Assembly (NCBI RefSeq): GCF_964204645.1
Contig: NC_134029.1
Coordinates: 6,324,001 to 6,388,000 of the forward strand
DNA: 64,000 bases
From: Tubulanus polymorphus
Lineage: Eukaryota > Animalia > Nemertea
Direction: 5' to 3'
The first letter of the stretch is position 1; each line of letters starts with the position of its first letter. The notes under the pieces are model-generated. The model saw only the letters and a program-made list of their open reading frames with translations. It was not told where the DNA came from and ran no database searches. Of the stretch, positions 33,165-46,300 are shown piece after piece. The position numbers and the translations under genes are program-made.

Positions 33165-36100
33165 ATGATATCGCCTGCTCTGGTATCAGAACTGAGGAAT
33201 TTGAGGCATCGCTCCGCAAAAACAAACCAAATGTTAATGCTGATACCGTAAACCGCACCTCATATCAACAGATTGCAGATCGCCCCAGCTGTTGATGCTA
33301 GGCTAGTTGCACTTTACCCACTACAATGTGGATTGAAAGTAGAAGCATGTCATATTATCAACAGGAAGGTCTGGGGACGCTTAAATCATCCACCATTGAT
33401 TCTTAATTTCAGTGGTGTTGCACACTATCGATATGCCAGCACTGCTCCGTGCCTTGTTGAAGCCATCAAGTACAAATCAGGAACGCAAATAGGTCCTTAT
33501 ACTGTTGAAGATGTAAGCTATTTAAAATTATAGGTAAAATGGCGGTAGACATTGCTTAACTGGCCAGGATTCATCTGCTTAAGAGGATTGGACACTGAAC
33601 GATGAATAGCTAGCTAGTTAACCAGATTTTGTGTCTTTGCAGGTAACAGAAGTGACTGAATTAGGATTAATTGCAATCAAATTACACCACAATGAAACTG
33701 GGGCTCAACACTTACATGTTGCTCGGGATGATCCTAATAATGTTTTTAGGTATAACATTCCCTAGGCTAACTACAGTAAACCCATCCTCCGTCGGCAGGG
33801 ATTGGAATCTGATGGCATCGCTCAGAATTAGAATTTCATGTAATATATGAGTTTGTGATATGAATTTCAGCGTTGCATTCAGAACTCCACCGTTGGATAG
33901 TACTGGGGTACCCCATATACTGGAGCACACAGCATTGTGTGGCTCGCGTAAATATCCGATCCGGGATCCCTTCTTCAAAATGCTCAATCGATCATTATCA
34001 ACATTCATGAATGCGTTTACAGGTTTGTAGACTACATTCAAAATTTCTTCCGTTGATTCCATGTGATGGAAGATTTATTACCGTGAAATTTTGAAGAAAA
34101 AAACTTCTTACTTAATCCTGGCGGCGTTATTTTCATTGTCTGGTATGTTTTATTTTTGTGACAGCTAGCGACTGGACTATGTACCCGTTTTCAAGTCAAA
34201 ATCAACAGGATTTCAAAAACTTGCTCGGAATTTATCTCGACGCTGCTTTTTTTCCGAGACTGAATGAAACCGATTTTCTGTACGTGCTTCGATATATAAG
34301 CAGATTCTGAGGAGGTTGCCACATTTTCACATCTTTGTGTTGTTTTAATCCTTGCAGGCAAGAGGGTTGGCGACTAGAACAAAGCGAATTGAGCGACCCG
34401 AAATCGCCCATAATTTTCAAAGGAGTCGTTTTCAATGAAATGAAAGGTGTATTTGTAAGTAAATTTAGTTGCGAATATTATGAATAAAGCCCCAAAGTTT
34501 AAAGCATACATAGGTATCATTCATTTATTACATATGCATAAAATTTGAAATTGTTAAGCTTTACAGCAAGCAATTGCACTGACCCCCCTCCCCTAATGCG
34601 TGCGTAATGAATGAATGACCTCCATACGGTACCCATCCTATGACAAGCATATCAAATTTTCCGATGTTCAATCCTTACCGCAAGGGTTTGCTGTGGCTCG
34701 ATCACAGGATCCGTTGGTATCCACAATAACTAAATGTCAAGCATGTATTCGTTTTATTTTTTCAGTCAAATCCGCAGAATTTATTCGCCGAAGCTGTTCA
34801 AAATCATTTACTGCCTAGTCACACGTATGGCGTAGTATCTGGAGGCGATCCGGTTCATATTCCGGATTTAACGTGGCAGCAGTTGAAAGATTTTCACAGC
34901 CGTTATTACCATCCAAGCAATTCTCAGTAAGTCAAAGTTGAATCGGCAGTGACTGTCCTACCTGATGCTGCTCGGAAACCACGACGATGAAATTGGCTTG
35001 AAATAAGTTCATCTGTGCTCTCAATCAATTAAGATTTCAAATGTTGAATACACAATTTATTAAAAAAAGACTCACCAGTGCCTTTGATCCAAATCCATGC
35101 ATCTTTGTTGGAGTCAATACCAGTTACCCCATGTTTGGGACAATTTATTACAAATCCACATGCATGCATAGTACATGAACGAAGATCTATAGATTTAGCC
35201 GAAAAAAAACGCTCTGGTGAGTTTTCTCAGAAATTGTGTATTTTCAATGTTTGAAAACTAACTTTACTTGAATTCTAGACTTAGTTGTTAATCAAATATT
35301 GTTTTCGTTCTTGCAGATTTTATACTTATGGAAACTTCAGTTTAGAAGAGCATTTAGAACAGATTAACGAACAAGTTTTACGTCATTTCGAAAAAATCGA
35401 CGTCGACACTAAAGTTCCATCAGAGCCTAGATGGTCACAGCCGGTATAGTTTGAAATATTTCATCAAATCCCACGTCTACAGTCACATACCGTATTGACA
35501 AAAATTGTTGTCCTAGTAAATTTTTGATTCATTAGGGGGATTATTATCTATCCAGGTTCAAAAGCAGATAACTTGTCGTCCTGACCCTATGGTACCAGAT
35601 TCTAGCAAACAAACATCATTGGCCATCACGTGGCTTCTCAATGAGTAAGTTTAATCACTTAGAATAGATATGGGGAACCTCATAAGTTGATACTAAGGAT
35701 ATGAGTTTTTATCTGAATCATACATTTGATGATACCTTTTCTATTCCGTAAATGAAATCCATTTGGATATTGTAATAGTATAATTATCTATTATGGTTCA
35801 GTATTTGTTGTATTTCAGTGTAACTGATTCATATGAAGGATTTGTTGCTGGCGTAGTCGCTTCATTGTTAGTCGATGGAGAAACTGCTCCGTTTTATCAG
35901 TCTCTGTTAGAAGCAAACATCGGTTCTGATTATGCACCAGTCGTTGGGTAAGTGTTGTCGTTCTTCTATATTTCTACCTTCAAGAGAAGACTTAACAGAA
36001 AATCTTACTGCAATGTGTTTTGATAATCTAGTAATATAACAGCAGAAAGACAAAATCCAGTGAGAATTATCCCATACAAATGCTATATAAAAAGCTACAT

Positions 36101-39100
36101 AAAATAAATGAAAGAGATAAAAATGATAAGTAAAATGATAATACATGTAGTAATGATATGTAGGGTCAATAATTGGGTCAGAAAAGTAATGGTGATTAAA
36201 TGATTTATAACGGAAAATTAATACTGGTAAAACACCATTATCTTTATTGTACATAGATATGATAGTCATAAGAAGGAAAGCTCATTTTCAATTGGTTTAC
36301 AAGGGATAAGATCGGATAGTATTCCTGAAGTTCGTGACATCATCCATAATACTATTGACAAAGTCGTCCAGTAAGTATTTGACATTTGCGGCGTATAGAT
36401 TGATCAGATGAACAGTCCACAATTACGCTATAAAAGAAATGAACTGAGAAATCATGATTTTTGAATATCTTCATGTAGATCTGGCTTTGATGCATGGCGA
36501 ATTGACGCCGTCTTACACAAGATAGAATTAGGTTTAAAACATCAAACGACTCGATTCGGTTTGGATTTATGCATCGTAAGTTACCAGAGTTAGAGAATTT
36601 CTTCCAAATATTAAAATCATCGTTATCTTATTCAGTGGATATGTTGATGTATTTAAGAATTTAGCAACGCTACGGAACCACGATGGATGTCCCCTAGAAG
36701 CTCTGCAGATTAATCAAAATGTCGAACGATTCAAAAAAGAATTGGCTCAGAATCCAAAATATTTACAAGAAAAAGTCGAACAGTACTTTCAGGTAACAAT
36801 TTCGCTGTGACTGAAGGTCTGCAGATTTTTTAATTATCTAAAGCTATATCTTTGTGATTTTTCTGATAATGTTCTGACCGGACAGTACCGGTATATTGTT
36901 ATTTTTGACTGATTTTCAGCAAAATCAACATGTGTTAGAGCTTACGATGGTGCCGGACGAAAATTACGAAGCCACATTGAAAAAGAAAGAAGAGGAACTC
37001 TTAAAATCGAAAGTGTCAACTTTAACAGATGATGAAAAAATTGAGATTCATAAAAAAGGTGGGAAAAACACAGGAAAATCTGTTAAATGCTGCAGATACA
37101 GACTTAACTATGACATAGCTTATCTGATCAGTATATCGGGGATTTTTTCTTACATTAACATTGCCTGGTAAATGATATTCTGCTGATCCTTAGTGAAAGA
37201 ATAGACCCCTCAGTCATTGATATCAATGACCCTCCTTGCAGTTCGATTGCTTAGTTTTTATCGTTATTTCAATCCTAGGTCTGGAGCTGGCAGAATTGCA
37301 GAATATGAAAGAAGACTTGTCGTGCTTGCCCTGTATTAAAGTTTCGGATATCGATCGCCGTGTTTTACCTGAACTGGTGGAATCCAGAATCTGTAAGTAG
37401 AAATCCTTCATCACCAATTTCTTCATTTTAGATATCGTTTTAGTATTGAATCCATGCTTTTATCGTAACATATTTTGATTGATTTCTTTAGATAATCAAG
37501 TTCCTTTACAAACCAGTGAACAGACGACTAATGGCGTGACGTACATAAGAGTTTTGTGTGACACGTCAATAGTTCCTCAACATCTTCAGCCATATATTCC
37601 ATTATTCTGTAATATAGTGACCAGGTAAAATACACAGAATGCCATTAGCATCGGCTACAGTAGTCTACTGTTGTGGGAAGTGTTTAGCGATGGAGAGGGG
37701 ACTAGTGAAAATTATTAAACGGAATCATCACCTTATACATCCATTGTGATCTGTAATACGGTCCCCTCATCATCAGACAATCATCTTTACATAGGTGGAG
37801 TCTTTGGGTTTGCGTTAAAAGAAAAGGTAATATTCAAATGAAAGTACCACTTGCTCAAAAGTTGATCGTTGACATAGTGACAATTAAAAGTTCATTGTAC
37901 TATCGTATTTTATCCGCCGGTTATCTTAAACCATCTTTTGAGCAACTGGCCCCTGGTCTTTATGGGGTCGAGGGGTGAATATAGTTGACTGATTGGCAGC
38001 TGCATAAATCTGTACATTTGAAAATCGTCCTGTGTTGAGATATGATTTCGATTTTCAAGGATGGGAGCCGACGATTACGATTTTAAAGAGTTGTCTCAGG
38101 AGATTGAATCAAAAACCGGCGGAATTGCGGCTCAACCGCATATCTGCCAAAACCACAGCAATATACAACAGTTCGAAGAGGTATTTTAAAGATCTTCTTA
38201 TTCGGAACGTACAAGTAGTTAAATCACTCTATTAATTAATAAGTGTAATAAACCATTAATATTTAGATGAAATTTGATTTTCTGATTTCAGGGCATCATA
38301 TTTTCGTCATATTGCTTGAATAGAAATACGTCTGATATGTTAGATCTGCTATTGAAAATCTTTCACAGGTTTGTGTCGTACGATTGCTACAACTGCTCAA
38401 GATATTTACCTCAAGTGTGGCTGATGGTTGCAGCCAGATTCTCATCTCAAAATCGAAATCTCATATGCCATCATCATACTGATTAATTATTAGATAGTAC
38501 ACAATCAGCATTAATGACTTCACGAGCAGCAATTTTTGCTGCAATTGTTTGAATATTGATTTGTATTTATAGATTAGATCTGTCAGATACTAATCGACTC
38601 GTGACTTTGATTGGTATGACTGCTGCTGACATGGCGAATAGTTTAGCCGATAGCGGACACCGTTTTGCGATGAGTCTCGCATCCGGTAATCTAACACACG
38701 CTTCGCATATCAATGAACAATGGAATGGAGTCAGTCAGGTCAGGCAAATTCCGCTGATATCCCCTCGCACTACTGCGGTCGAAAGTGCGCTGCTGAAATT
38801 ATTCAATGGTGAAAGGTCCATCCTTCAGTCAATTCGGCAAAAAATGACAGGATTCCTAACACAACTTTAGATTAAATGGCATTTTCATTTACTGGTAACC
38901 CATACTTAAGGAAAATGATTTGGAAAATGTCTTTGACGCGGCAACTATTTTGTTGTTAAACTAATAAGACCTGAGTCTGAAAAAGTGCATTTTTGTCTTG
39001 ATATTATTATTAGGTCACTTTGATGAAGGATATCGCTAAAATGTCTGATCACTCAGAGATCCTTACTAAACTACGAAACATTGCTGAATTAGTGCTTCAT

Positions 39101-41106
39101 AAAGATGGAATGAGGTAACAATAAAAACCGCATTTGTTTAATATATCTTTACCGGAGGTTTTGCTGACATGTTATTTGTGTTTCAGATGTGCTGTAAATG
39201 CTAGTCCCGATTGGATGGAAAGTGCTGTGCTTCATGTGGAGGATTTCATCGATCGTTTTCCAAACTTAAACGCTTCTAGAATTTTGCAAGCGAGTATCAA
39301 TAAAGCGTTCTCGATTTACACTCCCTACCTATGGTGTCGCGTTGTGTAGGTTTTCGTAATAGAAAACATTCGTTTTAATTTGGTTATTTACATTTTTTGT
39401 TCATTTCTAGGAACGCATATTTGAGCCAGATATAAAGAATATTCACATTGAATTACCATTCGCAGTAAATTATGCCAGTCAGAGTTTCCGCACAGTTCCA
39501 TATTGTCATGAAGACTTTCCCAAGTGAGAATCCCTTATATTCATTTTTGGAATTTTGCCCAGTGACGTGATATATGTACACTTTATCATCATCTATCAAA
39601 GGTTTTAACCGATATGTTCATTTACATTTCAGATTACGAGTGTTGTCTAGTCTGATATCCTCAAAGTTCTTGCATAGAGAAATCAGAGAGAAAGGTGGAG
39701 CCTACGGTGGCGGGTGTACAGCTGCAAATCCCGGTGTCATTAGTTATTTCTCGTATAGGTAGGCGACAATATTTCTATGATAGGGCCCATTTATAAAGTA
39801 CCCCCTTACATAAAATCAGAGACGGGTTTGAAAATAGCTGATGAAGATCCTTTTTGTATTGGGACCATTTATTTATTACGTACATATAACCCCCCTTCCT
39901 CCTGTACGCAAACATACGTTCATTCAGAGCCTCCACGTGTATGTATGCAAGAAAAAGGGTATATAGTTACCTTTGAAACGAACTCGTTAATTTTAAGTAA
40001 TTATTGCTTCAAATGGACAAGTTTATTGCGAAGGCGATGGTTGGATGAATCAGGTCTTTACATAACTCGGTAGTTTGTGGTCTCGGATATTCCTTGCACA
40101 ATAGACATTAACGTACGTACAACATATCAGATATCCAGGTTCCAGTTATCTCACAGGGGCTACTAGATTCACCATTTTAGTAGAAAATAGTCAATTGTTT
40201 CTTAGCAAATACTTGAAATGGAAGTTTCTATTCATTGTTTATTTCAGGGACCCGAATTCCATGAAAACGTTTTCAACGTTTGATGAATCGATTCGCTGGG
40301 TATCTACAGGTAGCAATTACACGCAACAGGACATCGATGAGGCTAAATTATCCGTATTTCAACAGGTATGTGAGCTAGTAGACTGGAACATTGCGCTTGA
40401 TAACTCGGACCGATTGGATTGAAGTCTAAATTAATAGTTCATTTCGAAGTAAATGAACCAACCACTGTGGAACAGGGTCCTGAAATGTCTGATTGATAAG
40501 CCTGGAGGCAGTAACTCCCAAGATGATTGGAATATCGATGGAGATGATTAGAACTGCATTTATCCAGTGGTTAACTCTTTCAATCTCCTGAAGTTTGAGC
40601 TGCAGTTTAGCTTTGTTGAAGTAGGAAAAGAAAGAACATTCTTTTTCAATATATCAGTACATGTACTATGTGTAGACCTCCGCTACGGTTTTATGTCATC
40701 AAAATGAATTTCTTTTAGAATTTTAAAAGTGATAGTTGGTCAGTAAATGAAATGAAAATGTTATATTTGACAGCTGGACAGTCCTGTGGCGCCCGGAAAC
40801 AAAGGTATGACGCTGTTCCAAACTGGAGTTACTGATCAGATGAGACAAACCCACCGGGAAGCTTTACTCGGCGTTACCAAATCAGACATAAGCGATGCCG
40901 CTGAAAGGTAAAATAAACCGTGCATATTATTGACTGCATCATTGATGTACAATCACTACGTAGTACATTGTATTTGCCTGGAAATTTTCAGGTATCTGGT
41001 GAAACGGCAGGATAACATGTGTTGCGCTCTACTCGGTCCAGAAAACAGCGAAACCAGAGGCACCGAATCGTGGAATGTCAAAAACGATGAAAAAGAATAT
41101 TCGTAG
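33165..41106 (+). CDS. PITRM1: Presequence protease, mitochondrial (pitrilysin metallopeptidase 1, M16C), more than 20 exons
   Basis: Spliced exons give [68 protein letters not shown] (HxxEH), [50 protein letters not shown] and [13 protein letters not shown] is at 41104-41106. The start exon (ATG 33165, [17 protein letters not shown]..) is tentative. Confidence 0.95.
34512..34621. mobile_element. Short MITE family shared by PITRM1 and AGK introns
   Basis: Ends aggtatcattcatttattacatatgcat and atgcgtgcgtaatgaatgaatgacct. The right part is the reverse complement of 14250-14300 (tacgcattaggggaggggtcagtgcaattgc). A related end lies at ~39860. Confidence 0.55.
35033..35258. mobile_element. Foldback MITE-like element in PITRM1 intron
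   Basis: Imperfect long inverted arms ttgaatacacaattt..actcaccagtgc and gctctggtgagttt..aaattgtgtattttcaa. Confidence 0.5.
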
Positions 41107-41199
41107 ACGATTTTTCATGTAGTTAGAGATATAGATTAAAAATAAAATACGATTGAATATAATCCATATGCACCTTGTTATGTGATGTATCTGCAGATT

Positions 41200-41720
41200 T
41201 TATGTCATACCGAGCTACAGTGGATAGATGGTATCTAGTCGTCGTGCCCAGTTGTCGGGAATCCCGCGTTGGTAGCCGTTGTTTTTTTCGTTGAGGGAAT
41301 GAACATTAAACCTCAAAATTCTGATCCGAGCATCATGGTGGTAATTTTGATAGTTTCCGTTATCACAAGGTGGATTAAGCGGGTGGTCTCGGGACCAAAC
41401 TCTTGCCTTCCCATTGAGGTGGCTCTTTTCGTCAAGACTGGGATCGTTAAAACCTGTAAATTTGACACTCATCCTCTCGGAAATTGCAACCTTTTGGATG
41501 TATTTCTTCAAAGAATATCTAAAACCGAGGGTGGAATCGCAATAGAGGCCACTGACATGGCTGCTTTATCCGAGAAATGCCTTTTATTTTCATCTGTTCC
41601 CAACCTTCCAATTTTCCTAGTTCTGCCCAAGGATAGTACACATGTAATGAGTATTGAAATATACGTAGGTCCTCCACAAGTTGTTACTATGTCGCCCATT
41701 ATCCGCCTCAAGTAATAGTT
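41200..41720 (-). mobile_element. Degenerate Penelope-like element fragment (GIY-YIG endonuclease region)
   Basis: The minus strand has IMGDIVTTC...ILITC near the start and H.D.RIRIL....NWARRLDTIYPL(.)GM at the end. These resemble the 'TC....VIYLITC' and 'WI..L.T..P.GLN' motifs of Penelope endonucleases. Multiple stops are present. Confidence 0.5.
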
Positions 41721-43335
41721 TTGTCTCGAGCGTGGTTGGTCATATCGCAGGAGAGTCGAATCATACCTAGGCCGAAAGCGAACAGCGGATGTCTATCAGT
41801 CGTTACTATCTGACGATCCAAAATCCAAACCAGAAATATTGAAACCAAAACCAGAAAATATGACAAAACGCATGTAGAAAAACGAACAGCAATGAGAATG
41901 CATTTAATAGTAATAATAGTAGTTAATAATAGATAATAGTTCTCGTTTCATTTTTTTGACAAGAAACATATACATAAAATGTGAGTAAAATAAATTTACT
42001 ACGTAAAACAAAGCGACTGCTAACTCAATAATCGTCTGATGCGTACGAGTGATCCGTATTAGAATCGAATATCTCCGCCAACATGAAAAACATACAAACA
42101 TGCCAATGTTTTACACCTAAGTCAACTTTTTGGTTGTTAGAGTTTTAGTAGTTCTTTTTTCTAATAATCGATCTACATATTCATATTTATTTTTCATTCG
42201 TATTATTCGTCACGTATATCGAAGTAAAAATGAAAAACTTCCAATAAAAGACTAGATTGTAACATAGATAATAACTATTTAATAATATCGTAAGCTATAA
42301 CTAATTTTATCCTGTTGGATACAACAATTTTTCTGTACACGTTGTTTCATTACATAAAAAAGCAATTCGTACAATTTCATGTGGTACAAAACAATAATGA
42401 TGAGTCTTGCATTTTTTTTCGTCAATGATGTTGTAAAAGATGTTTCGATATATAGAGCACCATTTTGTTTTTCAAATACTATCACAGTCGTTGTTCAGAG
42501 AGGGTCTTCTTCAGTGAAAAATAATTAAGCGAAGAAGCGTTGGAGGGCTGAACGCTTTTACCCTCAGACTTTTGATGATCATTTTCAACGTTGATTCCCT
42601 GATGTTTTACGAACTCGGTTTTATTTCGATCCCGCTGATGCGTAGTAATATATAAACGTATACCGGTGCGGCAGGATATCGTTGTGACTCGATACCTTCT
42701 TCTTTTCGACAGTTGCGCTACCGGTATTTTTCATATTTGTAGCCAGGCCAGAGAAAACTAAAATCTTCCAGGCATTAATCATTAAAGCTTTATATCTGCA
42801 TCGCCTAAGCTACTACTTATAACATAAAAACCAAGATTTGATTTCCTCTGGCCTGACAGTGACGTCACTTTATATTCATATATCGACAATTTGCAAGAAA
42901 ATATGTTCTAACAAAATCTAGATTAATAGTAATGGAATATAAATTATGAGTGAAATTAAGATAAGTTGCAACGATTTTTTTAGATATTTCTTTCGTGACA
43001 CGTTGACCTTTTTGTTTTGGAGTAAGTAGATATTGTAAACCCCGTACGTCTAGGGTCGTCATCATAGTTCATTGTTCAATAATAACATAAGAGCGGCATC
43101 ACGTAGTGTAACAATTGATCATCTTAGGCACTGGAAAATAAATAAAACATATATCGATAAATATAGAATATATATACACGAATGGATTGTGAAAGCATTT
43201 AACTACATGTATGCATAAACGGGGCCAGTTGATCAAAGCTTGATACCATTAGCTAACACTTTATGAACAACGGGTCCCTGCATTTCATTCAATATATATA
43301 TCATTCTTAAGACGATAGAAAAGACAGATATACCT

Positions 43336-46300
43336 TTATGATTGAATGGATCGGCGATGGAACTCGCGGGTTACTGATACGGACCGTCCAGCTCCTGGTC
43401 CACCATGCGTGATTTTATGGTGCCTGATTGTAATGTTACGTTCAGCCACGTCCGCCCTGTGTTCAGCCTCCTCAAGCATCTGTTGGGCTTTGCGGTATTT
43501 GTTCAATGTAATAGCGGTGACTTCCTCCTAAAAATGAAAATCGAAAGAATCGTATTAGCCTTGCAGCGTATTTTAAAGATTTGTCATCGAGTAATTCGTT
43601 CACTTACGGATTCTTCCAGTTGTCTCTTGTATTGTTTAAGTTTCAGTTGAGTCTTCTCCAATAAATCTTGTAATTCGGCGATCACTCGTCTGTCTTCTTC
43701 GCTTTGTGTCACAAGTTCTCGGTAAAGACGTTCGAATTTGCGGGCGTTCGCCAGGGCATCTCGGTGGCGACGTTGCTCCAGTTCAAATTCATTTTCGAGG
43801 TCACGGATCTACAATGACATTTCAATTTTATATTAACGAGCTCTGACAAATCACAAGGGTTTCATTTGATGATCAGCGGGAACTTACTCTGATCTGGAGT
43901 TTCGCGATCATTCTCTTGCCTTCCTTCATAGCGAAGGCTTCGGCTTCTTCGAGTCTGACTGTTATTTCACGGATCTCTACTTCAAGTTTCTTTCTCAAAG
44001 AATCGGCATTCTTGTAGTTCTCCTGTTCTTGTCTGAGTTCTTCCATAAGTCGGGTTACTTCACTTTGCAGGTGGTTAGCACGGTCTTCTGCGGTACGTCT
44101 GCCGTTCAAAGCATCATCAAGGTCACTCTGCATGCCAGATATGTCGCCTTCCATGCGGCGTTTGTCATTGGTAAACTGTTGAATGGTGACGGTAAGTTCA
44201 CTAACTCTGCTTGATGCCTCATGTAATTCGGCTTCAGCCCCCTTGCGGCCTCGTTCAGCCTGAAAATTTCAAATGGCAATTGCTTTTGTTCAGTTCATGT
44301 ACACTTTGTAGTTGATCGTTTAAAAACTTACAGCTTCAAGAAGAGATCTAATGTCCTCAATTTCAGTAAGAAGAGCAATTCTCTTTCTCTCGGCAGCTCC
44401 AAGTTCTTGTTTGACAGCTTCGTGCGCATGCTTCTCTTCTTCATACATAGTTTCGAGTTCCTAAAAGACAAAATATACGTTTGTTAACAAGTTACATGAA
44501 TTTTACTGGCAGCAGGATTTATGAATATTTCACTAATCGAGGTTACCTTAATTCTGATCTGAAGACTCTTGATTGATTTGTTAAGTTCAGCATTATTTCT
44601 ACCAAGATTATCGACTTGAACCTCTAATTCATGGATCGTGGTTTCGTACTTCTTCCTGAGACGGCTCATGTCAGACTTGTACTTGGTCTCAAGATCAGCG
44701 AGTTGACGATTGAGTTCATCCAAGGCCCGCTGGCTTGATTTTCTAGATGTTTGAAACAATAATTCCATGCTTATTCTTTTTATAGACTAACCACTCCGAT
44801 AAAGCGATGTTTATACCTATTCGACTCAAAGCTTACCGGATGGTTTCCAATTCTTCATCCTTTTCTCTAAGTCGGTTGGCCATATCAGTTTGTAGCTGGG
44901 CAAGGGCAGCTTGGGCAGCTTGAAGTTTACCTTCAGCATCTCTTAGAGCATCTTCAGCATCACCGAGAGCCTTAGCGAGATGGTCTCGTTCTGACTCGAG
45001 TTGTACGCGAAGTGCGGAGAGTTCAGTCAATTGTCTATTGGCATCCTTGAGTTGATCCTTCGCTTCTCGAAGAGCCTCTGAAATAAATCGTTTTATACGA
45101 TGAATATGTGGCATCCGAACATATACATGTAGTCATATAAACTATTCAGACTTACCCGAAAGTCCTCTATTCTCACGCTCCAAGTTAGTATTCTTATCAG
45201 ACAGTTCGTTAACTGTCACCTTCAGCTTATGGTTTTCAGCGGCCAGGTTTCGGTTCTCTGACTGAAGGTTTCCAAATTCGAGATGAAGTTCATCATACTT
45301 CCTCTGCCATTCAGCCATGCCACTCTCCGCTGCCTTCAACCGCTTGGCAAGATCAGCATTTTGTGAGCTGAGCTATAATTTAAAAAAAGGAAACAGGCTC
45401 TTGCAGACGTTCTATGGTACGAAAGACAATATGATTCGCCTTAAGAAATAGGAAACTTACAGCATCAACCTCTGAGCTGAGTTGGGTAACTTCAGTTGTA
45501 AGTTTGATTTTGATTTTCTCGAGACTGGCGGCTTTAGCTTTAGCCTGTTCTGCTGTATCTTCCAATTCAGCAATACGAGCCATCAACTTGCGCCTGAAGA
45601 AATCACAATTTACAAAAACCTTTTAATGTCATCGAATTAAGTCAACTTGATAGTACATTTATAATACTGACCTCATCTCTTCAAGTTCCTCACTCTTTTG
45701 CATGAGTTCTCTCTCATATCTGGATTTCAGGGCTTGCAACTCGCTGTTAAGTTTACTCAATTGGTTGCGCAGTGCTCCGGCGGCCTCTGACTCTTCCTCA
45801 TATCGGGCACTCAGATTGTCATATTCACCCTGGAGCGCTCCCAGTTGTACGTGCAGGTTGTTTCTCAGCTACAATATATACGGTTTAAGTTATGATATTC
45901 AATTTCTCAAATTCCAATCATTTTCTTGTCACTGTTAAGCATTACCCTGATTTCTTCATCAAGTTGTCGTTTAAGGTCTTCGTTAGACGCTTGGAGAGTG
46001 GACTTGACCTTCACCAAAGCTGTGTTGTTACTATCAAGTTCCTGAACCTGGTGCTGCAGTTCGAAGTTCTCTTGCGTCAAACGGGCCTTCAGGTTGTTCA
46101 AGTCGTTCAATTGACGTTGGAGATCATCGATCTGAGCCTTCAGTCGGTTCAACTGCGCCTCCATGCCATCGGCCTTGCTCTCAGCGTGAGCCTAACCAAT
46201 GAATCCATGCATCATTATATTGTAGGTACAAAATGATAACTTAATAAGATGGCCACACATCACCTAGTGACAAAACGCGTTTGTTTTTTTTTTACTTGTT

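Noticed and set aside
33712-34062. 116-aa minus-strand ORF (and 33049-33258)
   Set aside because: Antisense to PITRM1 exons; 33712-34062 overlaps the exon carrying the HxxEH motif.
41269-41715. 148-aa plus-strand ORF
   Set aside because: Its V/I/S-rich composition is typical of an antisense shadow, and the opposite strand carries Penelope-like motifs.
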